Below are positions 14,201 to 27,987 of a DNA stretch of 64,000 nucleotides, piece after piece. The notes under the pieces were generated by a model, which was not told the origin of the DNA, made no database searches, and saw only the letters and a program-made list of their open reading frames with translations. The stretch comes from Lingula anatina (Eukaryota > Animalia > Brachiopoda): NCBI GenBank assembly GCA_051362555.1, contig CM120642.1, forward strand, positions 28,334,001 through 28,398,000, read 5' to 3'. Made by a program: the position numbers and the translations under genes. Position 1 is the stretch's first letter, and every line of letters starts with the position of its first letter.

Positions 14201-17200
14201 CCTGGTGTCTCTGACTACATGTACTTGTGTGATGGGAGTAATTGCACAGGTAACAGCAAAAGGTGTTGACAAGATAATGAGAGGCAGCTGATCTTTGGTT
14301 TGATTGGTGTACTCACCTTGGTGACTCTTTCATATTAGCCAATGATTTTCATAAGTGATATGATAATCAAATGTTATTATCAATCATCAATTAGAAACAC
14401 CTTCATTTTCTAAGGTTAAAGAGATTAACAAGCTGGTATGTGCCGATTTCTTATTTCTTTTTCAAAGAACTGTATCATTTCATAGACCTTATCAACCTAT
14501 TGGAAATTCTTACTTGGCTACATAACGGATGCTTTAAAAGCAAACTTATGAATCAACAAATAATCAAATCTCTTTCATATAATGTCAGATTCAACAAACT
14601 GATACATCACTCTGTAGTGTGCTGTAGGTGTTTATTGTTTCATGATGTGCCAGGTCAGTTCTCCTTTTTTTTTTTCTTTAACTCAGCATATTTGGACTTT
14701 TTTGGGGGTCTTTTTATTTCATCCAATGGCATTCATTAGAGTTTTTTTTTTTGCAGAATAAAAAGCATTACAGACATAATGAAGTTTTTTCCCAAACTTA
14801 CAAAGGTAAGAGTTTATCTTTACTTCTCAATGTTTTTCATTATTTTTATAATTATTTCTTTAAATCTTTTCCTATGTTCCTTTTGGTCCACTGGAAATTT
14901 CTAAGAATAACAAGCATAATGTTACAGACATAAGCAATATCTTCTTTCCTCTTGTGTTCACCTGGCCCACTTACAAAACACAACACACATATACAAAAAC
15001 AGTTAATTTAAAATCCACGTCTTGAGCCTTCTAACAGCCCACTCAGGCCCTGCAACTGTGTTTTAATGTGCATCATAATTTATACATGTAAAATGGTGTA
15101 TATGTAGTGACCAGGGGCCTTGCTCTGTATAAAGGTAACTGTGCTCCTCCCTAGCAGCAGCATGTGAGCCAGGTGTCTACCACATCTGACACACTTCCAA
15201 ATGTATTGAGAAACTTCCATTTAAGTTTATACTGATTATTATTAATACATAATATAATATGAATGATTAATTTGTGCAGAATTCTGCCTGGAGGTGTAGA
15301 TCCTAATAAGCAAATGGCTATCATTAAGCAATTATCATATGTTAGAACTTGCAAGATGAGTTGAATTTATACATATATAATCCATGAGCGAGAATTCCAA
15401 TGAGATAGATCGATCCTGCTACTATGATAAGGTTATGGGAACACATTCTAAGATATAACACTTGAAGTGAAAAGGTTATAAACTTTTCTTCAATTAAAAT
15501 GCATAAATACTGCATCATAAAAGCAACCTGCCATTATTGCCAGACCCTTGCATTCGTGATGAGAACATTCTCCTTACCTTTACTTAGAGATAACTGATTC
15601 TCCCCACCACTTGAGAAATCATAGAGAGCCACAAATAAGTTTGGATCCTCTTCGCCCTGTGTGAAGGACAATAAGTTTTCCTTTGACGTCCATCTTGAGC
15701 TGAGGCTGCCCTCAAACAAGGGGGCATCTGGGAGGGGACGGGTCTGCAGCAACGCCTCTGAAAATAACAAAATGTTACAGTTAATATACACTCTTGAAAC
15801 TTCCTTAATGCCAGACACGATAATGTAATTGAATGACTAGTCTTACTTAGACACAATGCATAATAATTCTAGCTTAATTACTTTTATGTCAAATCCATAT
15901 CACATTGATAAAATATCAAATATTATTTGGCTCTGAACAGGTGAAAAGGTCATTTGGAAAAAAAAAAAGTGATAGATCTTTTAATAGGATTCCAATTTCC
16001 ATAAGTAAGTTGCTAAATCAAAACTTTTCACTTCTAATGCTCTTGCAGTACAAAGCACATGTTATACCTGAGAGATGCATCTATACCCTGTGTTTGAACA
16101 GTCCACTCGAAACACTACACTAAATATCTACAGTTACTTCCTCTCATTCTTTTTCCTCTCTGATGCTACAGTACTATTAGTAAAAGCTGTTACACATCAA
16201 AATGCAGTCTCTCTCTCTCGCTCTTGACATAATGTGTATACCTATATACCAACAGTCACCAAGGGGCGTATAATGTTGCAGCTGACGCCATGGGACTATG
16301 TGACACTAGTTTGCCATCATGTAGACTGAATGCGGAGTTCATACTAGTCAAACCTGTGCACTCTATTTTAGGGATAACACCACTCATAATATCCAGCTTC
16401 CATGTATGTTTGAAGAGGCATGTGGATGGACATCATGAAAGACTGGGTAAAAATACGAAGTGGTGGTAGTGGAGGTGGGGAGGGGGGGAGCTGGGGTACT
16501 GGTAGGTGCAGATTTAGGCCGTCCTTTGGGTTTTACAGAAGACGGTCAGATTTTCAAGTTTACATTGACGGGTATCTAATATTTCCTGTCGGAAGATGGT
16601 AAAAAATAGAGGATTGATCAACAGAGATAACTTGGAAGACTGTCAGAAAATATCTCTGGATCTGCCCCTGACTGGGGCTTTAAGTCTGTAAAATATAATG
16701 AATCAACAAATTTTCCTCTGATATACTAGTACTAGTATGCATGTTTGGAGTGTCAAGGGATTGGTTTGCTTTGAATAATACAGTGTGAACACACATACAA
16801 CAGGCCAGCCAGGTTTGGCAGTTAGTCTAGGGTATTTTGCCAGCACCTACCAAATAGTATCCTAATGGAAATAATCCAAGACAGCCCAGACTTGCTACAA
16901 TTAGCTTAAAATCATGAAATTGCAAGATTTTTGGAAAAGAGGCAAAAATAACAGCAGAATAGCAAGTTTAAACGAATAAATGGTGATAAAATACACTGTT
17001 TTTTTTTTTCTCACTTTGGAAATGACAAATAAATGGTAAAAACAGTCAGAACACCATAATGACACGAAAATTATCATTCTTTCTCCCTTCTTTTGTTAAA
17101 AAATTAACAGCTATTTTTGAAATATCAGGAACAGTGCCTCTCATTAAAACTCATTGAAAAACGGAATAAAGGTGTCAAATTTTTTATTGGAGTTACTTAG

Positions 17201-20200
17201 TTATTCCTAAGATCTAATAAACGGTATATTAGATCTTAGGTTATTCATTAGTTCAATGAATAATAACACCAAATCAAATGTAACTTCATACATTTTCCAT
17301 GCAAGTACAAATCTACATACCCAAAAAATACGTAACATTATCTGCGGAGCTCAAAAAAAGATCTGAAAACTGATCTTCACTCATGTCAGCTTCATATTCC
17401 ATAGACTTGATCTTTAGTATTACATTGTAATTCCTACTCCAAACACAAAAGTTGGTCATAAATTTAACAATGACCTAAAGTTATAACGTACATGACTATC
17501 TGTTGCATGGTTTGCATACTAAACCAGTAAAATATAAAACAGTTTAACCACAAGTTCAGCTCAGCAACAATTGGTTTTATATCATATAAAAACATTCACA
17601 ATTGTGGTCTACCTTCAAATCCTCAGGTCTAAGTTAACATATAAAATGTGGTATCCAGGGGCAGATCCAGAGATATTTTCTGACAGTCTTCCAAAGTATC
17701 TTTGTTGATCCATCCACTACTTTTGACTGGCTTCCGACAGAAAAATTAGACAACTTCAATGTAAACTTGAAAAATTCTGCCCCTGATATCTGTTTGTATA
17801 ATATCGCTGGCTTGAGTCTGTTTGATTTCCGTCTCTAGTTTTTTAAGCAAGCACAATTATATAACAATACAAAATGCACGCTCAGTGATATCAAGGAAAA
17901 CAAAACGTGGTCTATATGGTACATTTGGTCTCTGGACCATTAATATGGCCTAACGTTACAAAGGGACAGAAGATTTACCAGTATGTTTCCTTAGACATGT
18001 GTTTTAAGTTGTTTGGAATGCTGCCGAAATGGTGACAAAATACTTTGCCTTGTTAGAACCACTGCAGACCTCAGTCCAGGATGTTGTAAATATTAGGACT
18101 ACCGTATGCTATGCGCAGTTTTAATGTCAGAATGTGTTAGATGTGAATGGCTGAGCTGATACATAAACACATGCGGCATTAAGTTAGATGTGACTGTAAA
18201 ACCAGACTCAACTAAATGAAGACAAAGTTGACAGTAAAATTCTACGTAAAATTATTGTCATTCCACAAATATCACACATCTAATTTTTTTTTTTTTTTTA
18301 GTCTGATCAAAATTAACAGGTTATCCTCTGTATTATTATATATATATATTTTTTGTCTTTTTACAATAATGCAAATGTTAATAGTCTTGAAAAAATAAGA
18401 AGATAATTGCTGTGAAATTTACTTTAAATAGTTAAGAAAGGAACTTTCAAATGATATGAAGAAACGTACAATCTTATTTTCATTTTTCTTTGCTGAAATA
18501 CATGGCATATGGTACCCAATTTTTCAAACCTGTTGACAAAAAGTACACAGCAAGTAGGCTAAACATGAAAAAAAGTCTTGAAACCACTAAACTGAAATTG
18601 CAATCTCAAACATTTCAAACAACTGGGATAACAGGCAATTTCACTACAAAAGCAGTTCCAAAACAAGTAAATTAGTTAATTGCCACCAGATGTCTCTGAA
18701 TGAGGTTTTTGCCAAGAGAATCCACAGCTGTTCCCAGCCGTCTGCCCCCTGTGACCTACAGATATTGAGAGCTATGAAGAGCATGCTAAGCAGGCATCTC
18801 ACCATGTCTGCTTGAACATAAATATGCCTAGCACAAGTCTCTGATTCCTTGAATTCAGTGTCTGTGTCAATCAGTAATATGTGCTATGTCAAGCATCTGA
18901 TTCACTGACCTTGTATGTGTACAATGGTGAGAGGTAATGGAAAAATATTAATAATATTCCAAGCAGCAGATTCAGACAGTCAGATTACGGAAACAAAATT
19001 CTGTCCTACTACTGCAATTTGTAAGGCTGATGACGAGAAAAAACAACCAGTCATGTAAATTTATCAGTCTTGATAAAGACATGATTCACTGAACTTGATT
19101 GTGCACAGTGTTCGAAGGTGGGATGGGCGGAACACTTCAGGCAGGGACAATCCCACTGCACTCTCAGAAAATACCAACAGGATTAGAAACTGAAACTTTA
19201 AAATATTTTCAAACAAGTAGGATAAGGGCACTATTTATACGTACCCTGGCCTTACTGCATGGTGAAACACTGAGATGGAATAAATAAATTGATGCATCAT
19301 AATATAACCTGGGGAATATATCCTGTGCCAGCTTCATTGGGACTTGTGCAGTGTAGTTATTAGTGGTTTAATTGAAACAGTTGCTGAAGCAGGAAGCCAG
19401 ACCTATCTGTCCATTACATGTGTTTAGAAGCTGTGGGTGAGAGATAGAGAGAGGCATCCAGGTGAAGCTGTACATGCTGAGTGCACCACTCAAAAAGCAA
19501 TAAAGAGTAAAGAACAGTCTCTCTCTCTTTCTCTCTCTCTGGTCAATACATTAAGCAGCAAAATCAGAACAAATCTATCACAAAAAAAGCAAAAAATTAT
19601 TAAAAGTAACACAAACACATCACACTCTAACTGCTAGTACATAAGTTTTTAAATGACATACATCACTTTCGTAATTTTTATGTGCTTATCAAAAAAAGAG
19701 GGGCATACACTTAGTAATGGAGGCTAAAATCCATGTTTATACTCTATGTTAAGAAAATATATGCCTTAATCTAACCCCCCTCCCCATTCATACAGTTATT
19801 TTGGTTAGTTCATCTCACTTCACAACGGGCATACTGTATTTTACCCAGGGTTTCAGAGAAGGTATTCAGACTAACAGATCCACAGAACAAAAATGGCCAA
19901 CCAACATTTATTTTAAGCAGAGCCAACTTATCCACTGATGGTCTCCCTGTCTCCACATGCACCATCCTTGTAGGGGTCTAGGAATTAAACCCTTGGACCC
20001 ATGCTTTAATTTGTTTAATAGCGCATTTGAAAGCAGGGACACCCTCAGTAGATTTGTCAGCTCTTCTTTTATGTCGAGTCGGCCATATTTACTCCGCGGA
20101 TCAATAAGTCCATGGATTATCTGTTCTGAATGCACCCAGAAATCACTGGAAACTCTTCTCTATTATCAGGGTGCCTCTGAACACAGCTGACAATAAACAG

Positions 20201-22532
20201 GCAAAGTTCAGGACACCTGTGAAACTCAGGGTGATATACTGAGGTTACAGGGTTAACCCACGCCAAGAAACTCCCAACCATTGGTCAGAGCTTCTTGACC
20301 ACACCAACAGAGCTCTGGTGGACAAGACAGTTGTTTAATAGTTCCAGTTGGTTATCATGGACACTGGGTTAATAGCCTGTGGTTACCAGCCATGCACCCT
20401 GGGTAACAATCACTTGATATATGTCACAACAAACAAATTTTCAGGCACACCCTGGGTTGCATGGCTAGTTTGTACACAAGCTTTAATAAATGATACCAGC
20501 CTTTAATTATTGGTCCTTCCCTGCTATTGGTTGTCCTAGTGTCTTTAGGGTGTATGATGGTTAAGTCTTTGGTGCCTGGAGGAAGGACAACAACAATCAC
20601 AATGACCATGCATACACAAAATGATAACACATTAGGGAAGAGGCAATAAAATATAAGGATATAAATGATATACTTTATATAAAAACAAAACCCATACATG
20701 ATTTCTACTTGTACAGTATGATTTAAAAACAAAACAAAACTACATAAAGTTGATGTGACATGCAAACAAAATGAGATGTGATAACGAAGTATGACAATGA
20801 ACAAATCCATAAAAAGATTGAAAATATGTCTAAATAATTTCACAAAATGTTCAATCCACCAACAAAATAATAGTTAAAAGGATAACAACTGGTCATTTTG
20901 GCCAAAAAAAATGAATTTTCCCGGGGTAAATGGCAATTTTCCCCTTCTTACCAATGGTTAATGAATTCATTTCAACATTTTTTTGTAATAATATCTTAAA
21001 ATAAGAGATTACTGAGTTGTTATCCCTTTTAAATATAAAATAGCTGAATGTTCAGTACATAACAGGCAGATGAAATATTGAAATATCATGCAGGGTATGC
21101 TTGCTAATGTAACCATGCAAAAACACAGAGGAGACATATCTGTATCATTTATCATGGGAACCTGTACACAGCTAAGTCCTGAGTCAGTCACTCCACTCAG
21201 AATTACAACCTTCTGTAGATTAATTTCCGTACCGCATGCAATGAAAACACAACATGCACTTGGCAAAGGAGGGGAGACTCAGAGGATTCACAGCAATGAT
21301 AACATCTAAACTTAAGACTTATAAACAGACTAATTTTAATCTTTATATTTTGAACATATAAGATCACCTGAGCAGCTGAGCACACGATTTCTATGATTTT
21401 CAGATTCAATCCTCACTTTACTCAAATGTACAGGCTAACTGTCATGAAAAGACACCATAATTTGAACTAGTCAACTTCATGGGACAAACATTATCATAAC
21501 TGAAAACATTTCATTATTTATTCTGGCAACATTTTCTCTCCTGTCAGTGTAGAAGACTATCTCTGCCAGCCACGGCACCAGACAGGTGATGATGTTATTA
21601 CACCAGTCTAATACAAACACAAAGAAGATCAATCTTGAAGAAAGAGATGTAACTTTCACCCTGCTCAGTGACAGAATAAGGTCAGGTTCACACAAGAAGT
21701 AACTTGGACCAGAAAGGGATTTATGTGGCATAATATTGAGCAGATTTGAATAGAAAACATGGGGTGCAGATCTCCCCCGCCCCCAAAACATTCCAAGGCA
21801 GTTATGGGCAAATAATGAAACTAATTTGTAATAAGGCCTTGTGATTAGGTCTGTTTTAGTACTCGCACTTAGTTTGTACCCTTGAACTGTATCTCTACTC
21901 AGACTTCAAAATAAAGTCTTAAACTATGGCTGTCTAAAATCAGATATTTTGGTTGATTTATGTCTTGTTCTCCCGCTTACAACCCTCAGCTTTTGGCCAT
22001 TGTGGTTTGACACATAGCTCAGGGAGAGGGAGCAAGGTTCTTTATCATAAGGATATATGTGCATGTGGGCTGAAAACCCTTGTTTGGAAGAAAAATCTTA
22101 TTTACGAAAATTTCAGCTGGACAAAAAATTTAAACCAAAAACAATTTCCACAGCACCTTCAAAAAGGTAAGTAACACGTAAAAACTCCAACCTTCCTCAG
22201 TCAAAGGATAACTGATGATGTCAAAGACATACAAATTTAACCTTCTCACCAACAAAGGCGCTTCTGTATCTCAGAGAAAATGTCTATATTATACCCAATC
22301 ATCCCAATGTATGTTATAAATCAGCAGAAAATAATATAATTTGTTAAATACACTTGTAATGAAAAATTACCCAGGCACTTGTCTTGTGTGGTATACTTGT
22401 TCTGTAGACAAACCGTACATTGTGGTTGACTCAGAAATAAAGGTATGAAGTCTACTTCCCTGTCTCATCTTTGTGTATTAGTGTTGCCAGGTGACCTACA
22501 TTTAATTAGTCCACAATGTAGAAGACAGTCTC

Positions 22533-22577
<45 letters not shown>

Positions 22578-25558
22578 GTGTTTTGTGAACTTGGACACCA
22601 GCTTAAATCAGGAAGTAACTGAAGTCTGCACACCATTTCACCTCTGAGATAAGACTGAGAGAGCAGATAAATGTTTAATAAGTTAATGCAATATGATATC
22701 ACTTTTCATGTGTGATTTGAACTTCTCATGTCTTTGACCCAATCGTCAACATATCTCCAGGCCATTGTTTTATTGTGATCTATGCAGTTCAGTGTCATTT
22801 CACTAAATAGCACTTATTTATCTATGGCATGTCTTATCACATTACAGCATGGGTAAAACCATATACACAGACAACTGACTCAGATTTAGTGGATATATGA
22901 AGTATTTGTCATCAATAGTTCACTGTTAATGTTGCCATCATACCCAAATATGGAAGTCTAAATTATCTGAGTCCCATGAGTATTCTACGTGGATGCTGTT
23001 TACCACTGGTAATATGATTTTGATTCTTTGCATCAAGTCTACACTTGATTTGTCCAAGGCAACCACATTGTTATTATGGTGTACAGAGGACAAGTAATAT
23101 TCTTCACCAGTCTATACTGTGGCAGGGACTTTTGCCAAACAGATCTTGATATTAGCTACAAAACATGTGACCACTAATATATGTATTTATATCTTAAAAC
23201 AATACATCTGACTACAACTGCAGGTCATGTGTTGCCTTATTCCTTTTCTGCTGTCAATTTTAATAAAAGCAGCTAGGGTACAATTTGTCTAAGATACATC
23301 CTTGCTAGCATATACCACTTTACTAAAAACACATTTTTAAAAATGGAGAGACAAAGAATAATTTGTTAAACCTTTGATGATGACTAAAATACAACAATGA
23401 TTGCCACACCCCACACACTGTCATCACTAACACACTGTCCCCACTATCACACTCCAGGCCTTTGTCCCATACCTGACTCTTTGTCCCACACTAACATCTG
23501 AATTTTTACCACATGCTGAAGACATTTTAACTTGGCTTTAGCCCAGAAATGTTGATTTGTTCATTGTTGTTTTAATCCACATATTCTTTGGGATCAAATG
23601 ACTTAATTTAAATTTATCCACAAGGTATTTGAATGAAAAAAATCATACTTGGCTGACCAGGAGACTGTTACTACCCCCACCCCCCAAAAAAAAATGTGGT
23701 TTCACTCTGTGCAGTGCACTCTCCATCCTATAACCCAGGTGTTAGGAAATACCTGGCCCCATACGCCTTTAATCTTCCTTGAGACTACCACCTTCCCAAA
23801 ATAACCCAGACTGTGGTGAGGCCTGGAGTATGTACAAGTGATCAATATCTTCATGATCAGTTTATAATCAGTATGTGTTAGCTCAGGGGGTGTATCAAAA
23901 CTGATGTGGACCAGATGGTCCCTCTAATCCACTAGAGGGCATGTCAAAACTGATACCATGCTAGCAACTGTCAGAATAATCTTTTAAATTTCAGCTTATC
24001 TCAGGTACTTTGTATTACAAACTGTAATGACCTCATACCTGGTAGTATAACTTCAGCTTAGAAAGAACATGAAAATCTAATTGAAAAACATATAAACATT
24101 TTTCTCCTTTCATGCCCTGACTGCAAAGAAAGTATGTAATGTTAGGAAACACTGCCAGTGGCTTTTAGCACTGATGTGAGTTCAAGGAGTATTTCCAGGC
24201 GAGGATGTTTGTAACTCAGGACATCTTGAAGCCGAGTTCTCTTCAGCAGCTCCTAGATCTCCATGTGGTCAACTCTTAAATGAAGGACGTGGCATTTCAA
24301 ACTCACTGAAAACTTTTCCAATGCTCCTGTTCCTAGTCTCACTGGTTGTACAATGCCCATAGCAGGTCATTTAGTATACACACAGTTTAACTTATTATGA
24401 AAAAAATATTGACAATGGAGCCATAATATTTAAGTCTTACTAGTAGCCTTTTAACTTTTAACCACTTGAAACATAGGTGCTGCATTACAAGTTACACTCA
24501 GGTTAGATGTTCCAGTCCCAACATCAACAGCGAGGACATACCAGCACATATTTTATAACATGTCTCAAGTGCCTTTAGTTAAATATGTGTCAGTTGTAAA
24601 TGATCAAGCATATCTTATTATTACGAAAGTAAATAAGTTTGTGTAGATACAAAAAACTTTTGACTTCCCTTTTATTTAAATCAAAATATCCTCCACAAAA
24701 CTGAATTCTTGATATATTTTATAAGGTTAATAACATTCATGCAGCGATTGGAACTTTTTGAAGAATTTTAATCTTTGAGATTTATTGTAAAATCACTTGA
24801 ATGACATAAGCCAAATTCTCGTAGCACAATATCAACCAGTGTCTGCCCACGGTTGACAAAGAAAGAAATTAAAGTGCCAATATTCAAATAAAGGTTCATC
24901 ACTGTGCTTATACAACGTAACCAGATGGATTCGGTTAATCCGTACTTTCAACTAACCAAGAAGTGGAAGGCATAAAGTATGTTCCACAGAACACACGTAC
25001 ACATTAAACACTCTAGTTTAGCTGTCAGACAATACTATGTAATAGGGTAATGACTTTGTACTGCCTAACCTTTGTGGAAATATCAATTATGCTATGTAGT
25101 AGTTGCACCGCGGGATCAATGTGCGTGTGCGTGACAGTGAAATATGGGTCTATTATTATTATTCACCTTGTGAAGCAACCGGCACAGTGTAGGCGAGCTA
25201 ACCAACACAGTCCATGTCATCTATCCTGCCTTGGGGGGTAAGGAAAGTAGTACAGACAAGCCTGTCACATGTTTATCAGTTAAATATGGTCTTCTGCTAT
25301 ACCAGGATATATGTATGCAAGTTAACCTCAAAAATAGTCCTTACAGTATCTGGATGGGTTCACTGACACATGTTCTGCCCTACCTCCACCTACTCCCCGC
25401 CACAAAAATATGAAGAACATTATCATGCTGTGAAGGAGTTGCTTTGTAATTAAAAGAGGTGAAAGTGGACCTTATTAAAATCTGGAAAACAAAAGCGATG
25501 TACTAAGTTGTGTGTTCAAGAGTTACTCTATATGGCAGTGCGTATGTGTTTTTGTGCC

Positions 25559-25599
<41 letters not shown>

Positions 25600-27950
25600 A
25601 TAGAGAGGGGGGGGGGGCAAAATTCAAATATGTAAATTTATCTGACTGTTCTTTCATCCCCCTGCCCCCATCTTTCTAATTTCAAACTGATGAACCGCAC
25701 GGCAAGGCAATCAACAGAAGTCACCTGCCCTAAACTTTATTGGTATTCAGTAACCAACTGGTTCAGTCTGCTGACAGATGGTGCCTCTTTTTTTCCACCC
25801 CTCCAAATCCGACTCTCCCTCCTGAGTATTGAATTCCAGCAAATAACAAATTAGCAGCTAAAGGGGAGTCTCCTTTATTGATCTGCAGTACAGATAATTA
25901 CAACTCCACTAAATTATTCATCAAACTTTCCACAAAACATCACATTCCTATCTTCTAAAAACATACTAAATATACATGATACATTTTTGTAATTACCTTA
26001 TGGAAAAATAAACATAATGACTTAGCTGTAATAATTTGAATATATATATCACAGTGAACACTGCTTGCATCCCAAAAGTAACAAGAGTTGATCTGTGACT
26101 ATCACACAAGGAATCTTTCACATTTAAACAAACATCTAGAAAATTAACATTATTTAATGTATAACAAATAAATTATTCATGTTTAGTCTGGGATAGATAA
26201 ATTGGTGCATTTTTCAGGTATTTTTAATTTTTTTTTTTTTGGCCAATGTCTATCAAAAGTGGCCACCCATTTTTCATCAAATCATCGTAAACATCTGGCA
26301 AAAATTCCTTACACTAGCACGAACCTAACTACTAGTAATATGAAAAGAAAAGTTCAGATGAAGATAATATATCCTAGCTTACTGTTAAGAGATTATCAAT
26401 ACTTGTCGAAAAATGAACTTGTATCTATAATAAACATATTTGTGGGAAACCGACTGACTGAGTTAATAATTATCTCTATTTTTTTACTGGGGAGAAAACA
26501 AATAACTTCAAAGACTTCCTTCCTAATCACAGATCCACTTCAAAGGCAAACTATTTAAAGTGACAGCTTCCGGGTTCCAAAATGCCTGTACCTGTACTCT
26601 TAAACTTTCTGTCTCTGTTCACAAGTTAAAGTAATACCCAGAAATCACATCAGCAACAGTTCCACATAACACAAAGTGACACTACTTGGGAGAAGGGGGT
26701 GTGGGTGTGGGTGGGGCTAAGGTGGGGGTGAGGTCCACAAAGAGGGTGAAGTGGAGATGACAAACTGTATGATAATAACAAACTGAATTCCAACTTAACT
26801 AGTTTAAAACATATTTCCTAAAACAAAGACTGGCAAAAACAAGAAGATGACCTAGTAGCTTTTAATCACAAGTAGGGTGGGGTGTACGTCAGGAAGAATT
26901 TATCTTTGTATTACAAAAAATCAAAGGAAATAACAAGTGAGGTATTTAAAAATTGGGATTTAGTCATATATCTGCCCCTCTCCCTTCCCACTAAGTCAAA
27001 ACACAGCAGTATATGACGCGTTTAGTTTCTACAACCCCACATCAACACAGCTTAGACTGGGGGAACCTTATATGCCATGTAGTCTTTAACAAGAAACAGA
27101 GATTGTTCCATATTGCATGTTAATGTATTATCCATGACTAAATGTAATGAATATGGGCAAAGGAAAACTTCAAATATTCAATTTATCCTTGGTTTGTCTG
27201 AAAATATGTTTTCTTTTGCTAAAGTGAAAACTTTTACTTCTATATGGCAAATTAGTGTTTGACAGTAGGTAAAATGTATCAAGGATACAGACAGGGGAGC
27301 AAGTGGTTTTCTTCATTTCCCTGATTCTCAGAAGTAATTGATTTTTTCTATGTATAACACAGAGAAAAGCAATGTAGCATGGTATTGGGAACAGGTCATG
27401 AAGTTCTTACTTTCACTGCTTAGCTCTTGTATATAAACACATCACACAGAAAGAAGCCACAAGTATCAAAGTGCACATAGCATATTTTCTGAAGTCCATA
27501 AAAATGCAGCCAGTGACCTTGACTGACCCCTCACTGAGGCTCAACCTACATGCTACCAAGGACTGATACAAAATAACCAAATTCTCCCTAAAATTTACAT
27601 ACAATGTGCATTCAGATACCCTTTGTGTTGTATAAGGACACAACTGGTTGGCTGTGTACTGAGGCCTGTTCACATCAGGACTAAGTCAAGTCTAGAGGTT
27701 AGAGGTAGTACCACATTAAGACTGAGATATACAGTCCTATACTGAACAACCTGATTGCCTTGTGATGTTCCTAAATGAGTTTCCATGTGTACAGGCCTTA
27801 CATAAAACAGTAAGAGATGTTGAGAGAATACTCGTATGTTGCCTTTGATCTTTGTCTGTTTGTAAAAAGCCAGTTTGCAGAATTTGCAGATTTTGAATAA
27901 TGTATAGATAACTATATTTTATATAATAAATTTCTTATCTTTCAGGAATG

Positions 27951-27987
<37 letters not shown>

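Noticed and set aside
19908-20190. Two overlapping ~75-aa ORFs in a slightly GC-richer patch of Abl intron 1, possible alternative first exon or nested gene
   Set aside because: No recognisable domain or convincing splice pair; at most a decayed repeat. I could not identify an Abl 1a-type exon in the 13-kb intron.
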